DNA of 64,000 nucleotides from IMG/VR virus record IMGVR_UViG_3300042914_002334, positions 1-64,000 of that record; one strand, written 5' to 3'. The stretch is from a virus. Of the stretch, positions 31,030 through 40,800 are shown piece after piece. Position 1 is the first letter of the stretch, and every line of letters starts with the position of its first letter. Below the pieces are notes generated by a model. It did no database searches and was not told the DNA's origin. It saw nothing but the letters and a program-made list of their open reading frames with translations. Both the position numbers and the translations under genes were made by a program.

Positions 31030-31509
31030 TTATGTGTAATTTCCAGCATCTAAAGTAATACCAGTCAATGCTGTTCTTGCCACCCATTTTTGCGTGGCAA
31101 CATCATATTGCAATACTGATCCGTCTGTAATTGGTGCAGCGGCATCAACATTTCCAATATCCTCTAATTTATTTACAGTAGAATTCACTGTAAATAAAGT
31201 CCAGTTGTCTTCCGAATTAGGCATAGATCCAGTAGTCGTGTTTCGACTCTGACCATTTAACAAACTGTATTTGTAGTAACTGTCAGGATCGCGAGTCACG
31301 CTTCCAACGGTGTATCCATTTTTAAGATACACCAACATACCCTCGGTCAGTCGCTGACCAGTTATGTTTGTTAATCTGTCACCTGCATCACCGCTGATAC
31401 TTTGTAAAGTACCACGAACTTCAGTGTCCAATACTATTGGATGATCGCCAGTTGAACTCCAAGTTCCAGTCCACGTATTTCTTGTTAAGCCGTCGTAATT
31501 TGTGCTCAT
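31030..31509 (-). CDS. small fibre adaptor protein ending DAGNY
   Basis: ATGA-coupled to upstream gene; LEDIGNVD..DGSVLQYD..KWV fibre motif; ends TLDAGNYT. Confidence 0.7.
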   Translation of the reverse strand: MSTNYDGLTRNTWTGTWSSTGDHPIVLDTEVRGTLQSISGDAGDRLTNITGQRLTEGMLVYLKNGYTVGSVTRDPDSYYKYSLLNGQSRNTTTGSMPNSEDNWTLFTVNSTVNKLEDIGNVDAAAPITDGSVLQYDVATQKWVARTALTGITLDAGNYT

Positions 31510-34500
31510 GATATACTCACATATGTTGTTCCAGGCTGCAAGGTTATGCCATACAGCGTGTATTGTTCAGCAACATATCCTGCTGGAGGGGTCGTTGGCT
31601 GCAAACTAACAGTGTTTCCAGATGTCACGCTTACATCCGATAACAACGATGAGGTTGGACCAGTTTTGAACGATGTTGGCTGACTTGCACTTGAGCGAAT
31701 GGCGAACCAAAATGCTCTTGGTGTGCTCTCAGAATTGGTTACGTTACCAGCAAATACTTTTACCGCATTTCCAAGTGCAGTAACTCCAGCAACAAAACTT
31801 GTTACAGTAACAATGTTTTCGACAGTCGGAGGACTACTTGTAGCAGCCGTAAATAACCACAAGCTTGGGTATGTAAATGTAGCACTGGCACTTGCAGTAG
31901 TTGAACTGAGGTTTGCAGTATATGAAGTTCCAGTTACACTTGCTGGGCGAGTAAATGTAGTAGAAACACTTACCGTTCTTGTAGTTGCTGTGTTATTTTT
32001 ATGTATAGGATCAGTAAATGTAAATGTTCCGCTTGCGGTAGCACTACTTGTAGTTCCGCCAACTGCGGTCACGCTATTAGCATAATTTGATGTGCTTGAC
32101 ATTCCAGTTACAGTAACTGTATATGCTACAGAGTTATAACTTTGTAGGAATGTGTTGCCAGTTAGACTTCCAAGTGTTGCGCTCAGTGTTGGCGTCGCCC
32201 AAGTAACTGATATATTAGCAGTTGACGTAGTATATTCAGCGGTGGTAGTTCCATTGTAGAAATTGAATGCTATGGTTCCTGCTGCACTTCCGCCTGCTAT
32301 AGTAGTGCTTGTTGATCTGATAAATGAATCGGCATCAGTTGTAAATGTCTGTGTCCAATCTACAGTTCCCGCTGGAGTAGCAGATTGACTTCCTGCGCTA
32401 AATGTATTCAATGCACTTATTGAACCATTTGTAGCAGTTATACTTCTAACGCTTGAGATATATTGATCGGTAATGTCATCTGGGTTTACTGCATTTACAG
32501 CAAACGATGTAATTGGTTGATCCCAACTTGGAGATGCTGGTGAAATCGTAGCACTGAGAGTTGGGGTAAAGGTAGCAAGCGTTAAACGAAGTTTGTTGTT
32601 AAAGAATTCTGCTACGCGAACTGGAGAAGTAGTCCCATTCTCTTTGTATCCAGTAAGAGTTCTGTATGTTCCACTTGTAGTCCAAATAAGAGGACTATTA
32701 TCAGTTTGTGTGGCAACATCTACCCAACTTAGTGTTCCTGCGCCATCTGTTCCTAGAACTTGACCGCTGGTTCCACCGCCAATACTTATGTTATTGACTC
32801 CCCCGAACGATACTTTGTTGCTTGTTGCCGTTACATTAGTTACGCCGCCCGGAGTTCCATTATTGTTGTATTGTAGTTGTCCGTTTGTGCCACCAACTAA
32901 TGATAGTGACACGGGCCCCCACTTCTGCGTGGCAGAATCATATGCAAGAATCTGTTTATCTTCTGGTGTGCCAACTACATCCAATAGAGCACTAAGTAAA
33001 CCAGATGTTGCTACCGTAGCAAATGTTGGTTTATTTTGTATATTGTTCCAAGTCAAATCTTCGCTAATTACGTAATTAGCATCGTTAGTGAATGTGCTTA
33101 GTCCAGGTGCTGTTCCAGTTATATTTTCCCAAGTTACACTTGATACTGTTATGTAATTCGAATCATTGGTAAATGTGCTTAGTCCAGGTGCTGTTCCAGT
33201 TATATTTTCCCAAGTTACATCTGTTAGTTTTATGTATCCAGTGATTGTGTTGTCGAATATTCCAACAGATGGCGCAGTGCCGGTAAGATTTTCCCAAGTA
33301 ACTGCATCTGATTTAATGTATCCAGCGGTGTTAGTAAAATCACTTAAATCAGTTGGTTTGTTTGTTAAATCATTATAATTACGACTTACACTAATTACGC
33401 CTTCTGTCGTGACATCTATATTAGCGCCTATCTTTACACCACCACGAACGGTAGAAGAGGCAACGGGAACAGGAATACTACTGGTCCAAGAAACATTCAA
33501 TCCATCAGTAATTAAGAACTTGTTCGACTGTCCCTCTTGTGCTGGCAATAAGTTATTGATTGCGGCAGTTGCATTAGTTGCTCCGGTTCCGCCGCTTTCT
33601 ACTGGTAGTGTTCCAGTGAATGATACTGTTATACCTCCAGTTTGTCCGCTAATTGCAATATTACTTCCAGCAGTAAGCGAGGTTACACCAGTGTTGTTTA
33701 TCGTGTTGTCAACGATGCTTATTCCGGTGCCAGCAGTATATACTCCAGCAGCACCAAACTGCGACCACTCGATATCACTCGTTCCAATTTCTATAGTTCC
33801 AGAAGTAACCATTATCCACTGAGTGCTCTTTTGTGTCACTCCGTTTTGTATGAATGTGAAATCGCCAGCACTTACTTCGTTTGCAAAACTGTTGTCAAAA
33901 TCACTTGCTCTAATTAGAGTCCATCCGGATGTGATTGATGCGAGTGTGTATATGCCATTTTGTTTTTCGTCTGTTTGATTTTTTACTAAAATTCTCTGAT
34001 TTAGTTGTATTGTGACACCATCTATTTGTGGGAATGCACCAGAGCCAGTAAGGGTTGCACCTATTCCAGAACTACCGTTGTTATAAGTTGCACTTAAATT
34101 AGTAGTAGTGGCAGCAACGCAAGCCAAATGAACATTTAATCCAGTGGCTACATTGTCAACATATTCTTTTGTTGCGGCTTCGTATGCGTTGATTGGGTTT
34201 GCATATAGAACCAATGGGCCAGTCATTGTATCGCCGCCGATATTTACTGGAGTAAACCCAAGTCCGCCAGTAATTTGACTTGTATTGATGTCAACCCATA
34301 CCGGACTTCCATCTAATGATGCCAATACTTTTCCGTTCGCTGATCCTTGTGATGGCAGCAAATTATTGATTGCTGACGCTGCGCTGGTTGCGCCGGTGCC
34401 TCCGTTAAATATGCCAAGTGTTCCGCCTACTGTAAATGTTCCAGTGGTCGTTATTGGACCGCCACTAAATGTTAGTCCAGTTGCTCCCGGGTCGATACTT

Positions 34501-34679
34501 ACTGATTTTACTGTTCCGTAATCTGGTTTTGCATTAAAGAAGTCAATTGCACCCAAATCAGTTTTGTAAAATAACTTCCCATCAGCGTAGTTGATAGCAA
34601 CTTCACCAAATGACAAATCGGTTGTTAAAGGCTGTTTACCACTAACACCCGAACTTTTTAATACAATCGTTGTTGTCAT
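31506..34679 (-). CDS. fibre protein with gp37-N-like N-terminus (1057 aa)
   Basis: MTTTIVLKSSGVSGKQP..GEVAINYADGKLFYK; RILVKNQ domain; TWENxTGTAP repeats (81-bp DNA period near 33090-33220). Confidence 0.8.
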   Translation of the reverse strand: MTTTIVLKSSGVSGKQPLTTDLSFGEVAINYADGKLFYKTDLGAIDFFNAKPDYGTVKSVSIDPGATGLTFSGGPITTTGTFTVGGTLGIFNGGTGATSAASAINNLLPSQGSANGKVLASLDGSPVWVDINTSQITGGLGFTPVNIGGDTMTGPLVLYANPINAYEAATKEYVDNVATGLNVHLACVAATTTNLSATYNNGSSGIGATLTGSGAFPQIDGVTIQLNQRILVKNQTDEKQNGIYTLASITSGWTLIRASDFDNSFANEVSAGDFTFIQNGVTQKSTQWIMVTSGTIEIGTSDIEWSQFGAAGVYTAGTGISIVDNTINNTGVTSLTAGSNIAISGQTGGITVSFTGTLPVESGGTGATNATAAINNLLPAQEGQSNKFLITDGLNVSWTSSIPVPVASSTVRGGVKIGANIDVTTEGVISVSRNYNDLTNKPTDLSDFTNTAGYIKSDAVTWENLTGTAPSVGIFDNTITGYIKLTDVTWENITGTAPGLSTFTNDSNYITVSSVTWENITGTAPGLSTFTNDANYVISEDLTWNNIQNKPTFATVATSGLLSALLDVVGTPEDKQILAYDSATQKWGPVSLSLVGGTNGQLQYNNNGTPGGVTNVTATSNKVSFGGVNNISIGGGTSGQVLGTDGAGTLSWVDVATQTDNSPLIWTTSGTYRTLTGYKENGTTSPVRVAEFFNNKLRLTLATFTPTLSATISPASPSWDQPITSFAVNAVNPDDITDQYISSVRSITATNGSISALNTFSAGSQSATPAGTVDWTQTFTTDADSFIRSTSTTIAGGSAAGTIAFNFYNGTTTAEYTTSTANISVTWATPTLSATLGSLTGNTFLQSYNSVAYTVTVTGMSSTSNYANSVTAVGGTTSSATASGTFTFTDPIHKNNTATTRTVSVSTTFTRPASVTGTSYTANLSSTTASASATFTYPSLWLFTAATSSPPTVENIVTVTSFVAGVTALGNAVKVFAGNVTNSESTPRAFWFAIRSSASQPTSFKTGPTSSLLSDVSVTSGNTVSLQPTTPPAGYVAEQYTLYGITLQPGTTYVSIS

Positions 34680-34691
34680 TTATTTTTCCTT

Positions 34692-35666
34692 TTAACCAAA
34701 TGTTCCGCCATTTATCGAACTTACCAAGTTGTCAACATAATATTTATTGACCAAATCTGCATCTGCTAACCCATTAGAATACTGCACTGGTGTTGGACCG
34801 ACAACCGTAACTTTATTGATCGCATCGCTTGCTAATATCATAGCAGTATCTCCTGACTGTGATATTAGATTTAATCTCGAATTTGTTGCTTGTATGTTTA
34901 ATTCTTCGCCTGCATTTGTTTGAAGCGTTGAACTGCCGGTGCCGCTAACTACTATTTTTCCAGTTCCATTAGGTAACAACACCAAATCAGAATCTTCTGC
35001 CCCGGCAGATATCGTGGCATTATTTCCGTTTATTACTACTGGTCTTGTTCCGCCGGCAGTTAGTGTATTTTGTGCTGGATCAAAAGTAAGATTTGAAGAT
35101 TGTCCTACAAATTCTGCTCCAGTTCCATACATTAGTTGATTCTGAACTAATGAAGTTACGCCAGTTCCACCCCGACTGACCTGAACTGTTTCGAGATTGA
35201 TAGTTACTTCTTGATCTGTAACTGTAATTGATAGACCGCCAGTTGCTGTAAAAGTAAGTGCTTGTCCTATTTTTTCCCAAGCACTACCATTGTAAAATTC
35301 TGCAAAGGGTGGAGTAGTCTGATTGTTTATGCGAACCATTCCAACCTGAGCATCTTCTGGTCTGTGTGCGTTGTTTCCAACAGGAATACTAAGTGCTTTG
35401 TTTCCGTTAAACTTTAATACACCCGATTGAAGCAAACTTATTTCAGTTCCATCGATGTCAAAAACGCCATCTGCGCGACTTATAGAAATGTTTCCAGTTT
35501 CAGCAGTTATTGAACTGCCTACGATATTCGCATATTCTGTATCAGTTACTTGTCTTGCACTGAACGTAGAAGTAACGGAATCATAAAATATGAATCCGCC
35601 CTCTTTTCCAAATTGAATCTCATCCGATATGCCAGATAAGCCATAATTTTTTGTATAAGTGGTCAT
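34692..35666 (-). CDS. virion fibre/adaptor protein ending NGGTFG
   Basis: SIPVGNNAHRP..GMVRIN..EFYNGSAW motif; C-terminus homologous to 27065..28933; perfect TATAAATA upstream. Confidence 0.7.
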   Translation of the reverse strand: MTTYTKNYGLSGISDEIQFGKEGGFIFYDSVTSTFSARQVTDTEYANIVGSSITAETGNISISRADGVFDIDGTEISLLQSGVLKFNGNKALSIPVGNNAHRPEDAQVGMVRINNQTTPPFAEFYNGSAWEKIGQALTFTATGGLSITVTDQEVTINLETVQVSRGGTGVTSLVQNQLMYGTGAEFVGQSSNLTFDPAQNTLTAGGTRPVVINGNNATISAGAEDSDLVLLPNGTGKIVVSGTGSSTLQTNAGEELNIQATNSRLNLISQSGDTAMILASDAINKVTVVGPTPVQYSNGLADADLVNKYYVDNLVSSINGGTFG

Positions 35667-35686
35667 GTCTTATTCCTACCTAATAA

Positions 35687-35694
35687 TATTTATA
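35687..35694 (-). promoter_or_regulatory. T4-type late promoter TATAAATA
   Basis: Exact T4 late consensus 20 nt before the ATG. Related (A)TAAATA copies lie at 793, 11387, 18134, 24024, 25798, 27008, 28972, 30998, 41526, 42546, 43296, 48749, 59589, 61469, 62313, 62809 and 63873 (minus) and 48766 and 51036 (plus). Confidence 0.75.
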
Positions 35695-35705
35695 TCAAAG
35701 ATTTT

Positions 35706-37796
35706 TCAAACATATGTGATGATTATTTTTGCCGCGCCTTGAGTAACGCCGGCCATCGCTAAGTTTCCAGTAATTAGAATGTCTCCATTTACATTTGCTC
35801 CAGTAGTGCCACCAATTCCAAACTTAGTAGTCCCGTCAATTATATATTTTCCTACCATTTTTAAATCAAACAAATTGTTTGTTGCCAGACCGTCTGCGGA
35901 AACTACTTCAGGAGTTGAAGCAATTTCATATCCTAAACTCATTATTGGAGTTCCGTTAAATGCGGCTGTAACATCTATCAGTATAGACACAATACGAGTT
36001 CCAGTTGTCAATTGTCCGATACTAAACGTTTGAGGTGTGATGTTACTAATACTGTAAGAAAGTGTCTTACTGTCAACAGTCGCAGAACTTTCTCTTCCTA
36101 TGATTGACCAAGCAGAGCCGTTCCACAACCACATACTCCATTGATCTACATAGTTTCCACTTCCGTCGGCGCTGTCAATCACATACGCTTGATCGCCAAC
36201 GAGTGGTCTTAGAGCATCGCGAGCCGTAATATTTGCTACGACTGACGTGTTTCCATTTCTTAGACCCTGTTCGATAAACAAGCCAAGAGCATAGTGTCCG
36301 TTTTGTCCGCTTACTACACCGCAAGTTGTCAAGAATGAACCCTGCTTGTCAATGATAGTCATAGGACCACCATCGTCTCTGCTTAGTTTCAATACTTCGT
36401 TAGCCGTATTAGCAGCAACACTTAGCGCCAAACTTGATGTGCTATTTGGACCCGCAAATGGGTTGTTATCAGCGTCATTTATGCCATTTTGTATAGTTAT
36501 TGATCCGCCAACTTCATTTTTGACAACCAGATTTCCACTATCGTCAGCATATGCTATTATGTTTGGAATATTTGCTTCATTGATGTCTATCGCCATATCT
36601 CCGGCGGCACAGTATGTTAAATCTGCAAAATTGAGTGAGGCATATATATTTGTCTTGAATGACACTGTTACTCCGTTTATCACGGCGGTTGGATTTGGGC
36701 CTGACTGTGGAAGTTTTAGTGCCACGAATTCATATGCACTTCCTAATCCACCAATATTACTTGTAATAATAGTAGCAGCGTTTACTTTTGATGCGGTTAG
36801 TTTATGTTGAGAAGACCCCGCGTTGATTGCATTGATTGCAAAAGTTAAATCATACGTAGCAGATGACGTATTGTTTAATGTTACTTCAACGCCATTCAAT
36901 TGAATAACATCACCAGAATTACCAGTTGGATTTGACCCAGTTCCTATAGAATAGGTTGGGTTAGCGGCGGCAATTTTCATTAGAATTGGTCTTCTACTTT
37001 CATCGCTTGTAGTTAGACCTCCCAAACCATCAGTAGTAGGATAAATGTAATCTCCGACGTTGCCTGGAAGCCCTGGAATAAAATCTACTATTCCGTTTCC
37101 TGGTCTTAGTATGAATTGATTTGGTCCAGGACCTGCACTGACAACTGTTCCAATAAACTTAGACACATTGTCAGCGTCACTCTTTACAAATTGCCCGTCT
37201 TCTATACAAATAGCATCGCCCTGTTTGAAATTATTATCCTTTTTCTCCAATATATAGTTTGTAAGTGGATTCATATAGTTAAATCTGGCCATAACATTAG
37301 AGCCAAATGTAACGCTAATAGTCGGAGGAGAAGGATCAATCATTGGCACTCCTAATTCATTTATTTGAAAGAATACCACATCCCCAACAACGCCAAATAA
37401 TCCGTTTCCTGATGTACTTAAAAAGGTATTGTACCTTAATCTATCTTCAACGATTGCAACTACTTCAGAGTCATTTTTACTGACTATACTAACAACTTGA
37501 AGTACCTTTGCATCCTGTGCTCCTGCAACAAAATCTCCGACTTCTACATCATTACCATTATATTGAAACGGTATTCTTGTTAGATTACTACCGTGTTGCA
37601 TTGGTATTGGAACACTAAAAGTAACCTTCCATCTGTATGGCTTTGGATTTGTACCGAACGCATAGTATGGGTCGCCACTTGAATTTGAATATGGCCAATA
37701 CGCATCTGGAATAGATGCAGTGGCCAAGGCAGAAATTACTTTTGGAGGTTTATTAAGACCTATAAAACTGGTTTTCCAGACATTTATTCCACTCAT
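35706..37796 (-). CDS. putative virion structural protein (696 aa)
   Basis: Within fibre block; VANITARDAL..GDQAYVID..WLWNGSAW motif; beta-rich. Confidence 0.55.
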   Translation of the reverse strand: MSGINVWKTSFIGLNKPPKVISALATASIPDAYWPYSNSSGDPYYAFGTNPKPYRWKVTFSVPIPMQHGSNLTRIPFQYNGNDVEVGDFVAGAQDAKVLQVVSIVSKNDSEVVAIVEDRLRYNTFLSTSGNGLFGVVGDVVFFQINELGVPMIDPSPPTISVTFGSNVMARFNYMNPLTNYILEKKDNNFKQGDAICIEDGQFVKSDADNVSKFIGTVVSAGPGPNQFILRPGNGIVDFIPGLPGNVGDYIYPTTDGLGGLTTSDESRRPILMKIAAANPTYSIGTGSNPTGNSGDVIQLNGVEVTLNNTSSATYDLTFAINAINAGSSQHKLTASKVNAATIITSNIGGLGSAYEFVALKLPQSGPNPTAVINGVTVSFKTNIYASLNFADLTYCAAGDMAIDINEANIPNIIAYADDSGNLVVKNEVGGSITIQNGINDADNNPFAGPNSTSSLALSVAANTANEVLKLSRDDGGPMTIIDKQGSFLTTCGVVSGQNGHYALGLFIEQGLRNGNTSVVANITARDALRPLVGDQAYVIDSADGSGNYVDQWSMWLWNGSAWSIIGRESSATVDSKTLSYSISNITPQTFSIGQLTTGTRIVSILIDVTAAFNGTPIMSLGYEIASTPEVVSADGLATNNLFDLKMVGKYIIDGTTKFGIGGTTGANVNGDILITGNLAMAGVTQGAAKIIITYV

Positions 37797-37805
37797 TTTT
37801 ATTCC

Positions 37806-40800
37806 TTAAGTAAACATAACAAACTCAATAACTGCACTTGTCGCCCCAGTTCCGTTTGTCCCTGTTGCCGATTTTGTAAGACTAAGCTTCATAGTATGTA
37901 TTCCAGGATTAAACGCCGAGAATGCAGTTCCGGATCCGTTTGTTCCTATAGTTCCCGAAACCAATAGTTTCGTACTAGTGCCTTCAGAAAATGATCTAAT
38001 GTTATATGCGCCCCCCGATTTTTGTATTCCATAATACAGTATTGATAATGGGGGCGAGCTATATCCAGTAAAGGTAAATGTTACTTCGCAGGCGGTCGAG
38101 GCTACAGTGGTATAGACCGCAGTTCCTGTTCCAGCAAGAATAGTTGGTGTCCCAGCCAAATTACCACTTCCATCGTAATAAATTTCTACAGCAAATCTTG
38201 AGAGATTTCCAGCACCTCCGCCACTCCCTCCGCCACCGCTATACTGAGGAATGTTCAGTGTTCCGTTTGAGAATGTTGCAGGGCCGCTACTTCCAGTTGT
38301 TGTCAGTGTTATAGGAGCTTGATAGTCAGTTCCAGCCGAAGCAGCAGAAACTCCAGTTCCATTACCCTTTAATAGTCCATTTACAGAAGTTGTAAGTGTT
38401 ATTGCTGGAGTAGTTGTGCTATTGGAAACTGTTCCGCCAAATCCATTAGCAGATGTAACGCTTACAGCAGTAACTGTTCCACTGCCACCACCTCCAGTAG
38501 CATCGGTGCTGTTGACCCAAGCAGTTCCGTTGTATTTTAGAACTTGTCCGTTTGATGGAGAAGTAATGGTTACTGTTCCCAAATCAGCCAGATTTATTGT
38601 CGCGGAACCTCCAAGTGAGGCAGAGCGACCGTTAAATGTAACGCTGCTATTTGTCAGGGCGCTGTTAGATATGCCAGATAATGTTCCGCCAAGCGTTAGA
38701 CTTCCACTTGATGTCACGGTTCCAGTTAGTGTTAGTCCATTTACCGTTCCAGTTCCACCGACACTTGTAACGGTTCCGCTTCCACCATCACCAGTTGCAT
38801 CCGTGCTATTTACCCAATTACTTCCATTGTATTTTAGAACTTGTCCGTTTGTTGGAGAAGTGATGGTGACTTGATTCAGATTATTAAGACCAAAAGTCGT
38901 AGAACTTCCAAGAGCAATAGTAGTGCTGTTTATGGTAATGCTATTGTTCGTTAGTGCAGTGTTTGGTATGTTACTTAATGAACCACCCAATGTAATATTT
39001 CCGCTGCCAGTGACCGTTCCAGTTAGTGTTAGTCCATTTACCGTTCCAGTTCCACCGACACTTGTTACCGTGCCGCTTCCACCACCGCCAGTAGCACTCA
39101 GTGTGCCATTACTGTAAGAAAGTCCAGAACCAACAGTAACAGTTGTGAATCCGGAACCATTTCCTGCAACTATACCGTTTAAGGTGGTTGATACTGCAAT
39201 ATTTCCACTCGAAGTTACGGGTGAATTAGATACTGTGAAACCAGTTGGCATAGATAAACCAACACTGGTCACTGTTCCGCTACCGCCACCAGTTACTGTT
39301 CCCCACTCTAAAGCAGTTCCGGCAGAATTTACACGCAATACCTGATTCGCAGTTCCAATATTTGTTAAACCAGTTCCGCCGGAGGTTGTTGGAACGGTAG
39401 ACTGTGTGAACCCAAGTGTTACCGCTCCGTTAACGGTGGTTGCACTTACTGCGCCGCTTCCAGTTACACTTAAAACTCCCTTATTACTAATAGTAGTTCC
39501 ATTGACCTCTATTCCAGTCCCTCCAGTATAGGTTCCTGGGCCGCCAAACTGCGTGAACTCTACATCAGTAGTTCCAGTGTTTATTGCTCCAGTAGTCGTC
39601 ATTATCCATTGTGTGGTGGCAAGAGTTCCTTCTCCAACGAAGAAGGCATCGCCGGCGTTCATGTTTAAAGAATTATTAAAATCAATTGCTCTGGTCAACT
39701 CAAAAGGATTTGATGCAGTCATCAAATATATTCCATTTTGTGATTTAGTTGTTTGATTTTTAACTAAAACGCGATCACCGACATTTACTGTCAATCCACT
39801 AATAGTGTCCAGCGGGCCGGATCCAGTTAGTTTTGCTCCGACTCCATTTGTTCCATTAGTGTAGGTGCCACTAATATTTGATTGAGTTGCTACACGAGCG
39901 GCTTCTTTTATAAACAAGCCAGATACTAAATTATCTACATACTGTTTTGTTGCTGCTTGTAATGATGCGGTAGGATTTGCATTTAATGTTAGTGGGCCAG
40001 ACATAGTATCGCCCGTTTTAGCAACGCCGCCCAGATCAGCAAGAGTTATTGTTCTTGATCCACCAAGCGCAACAGCAGTTCCGTTTATAGTAATGCTGCT
40101 GTTTGCTAATGCACTGTTTAGTATGTTACTTAATGAACCACCGAGTGTCAAGTTACCACTTGTGGTAATCGTTCCCGTTAGAGTTAGTCCATTTACTGTT
40201 CCAGTTCCACCGACACTTGTAACTGTGCCGCTTCCACCACCGCCACCACCGCCAGTAGCACTCAGTGTGCCATTACTGTAAGAAAGTCCAGAACCAACAG
40301 TAACAGTTGTGAATCCAGTTCCATTTCCAGCAACTATGCCGTTTAATGAAGTTGATACTGCTAAAGTGCCGGCCGCAGTTATTGGTGATCCTGTCACGGT
40401 AAACCCAGTTGGCATACTTAGACCAACGCTGGTAACTGTTCCGCCTGTTGATCCTCCACCTCCTCCAGTGCTTGATATTTCTATTGTCTGAGTGTCAAGA
40501 CGATTGATGACCATATTGGCGCCGGCTTTCAACTTGACACTACTAATATGTGTTCCATCAGTGTCGCTACCAGTCAAACGAATTATTGCTCCGTCTGCTG
40601 TGCTTTGAGCTGTTGCAGTATAAACTACGCTCGCGTATGAACTTATTACACCCATTGGGTTTATAAGTATGCTGGTTCCGTCTACTCTTACTCCGCCGAG
40701 TGCAGAGTTTTGACCTGTGCCGGCTGTTGGCAGCGTATAAACAGTTGACGCAAATTCAAGTGCTGTTCCAGCAGAATTTACTTTTAGATATGAATTTGGT

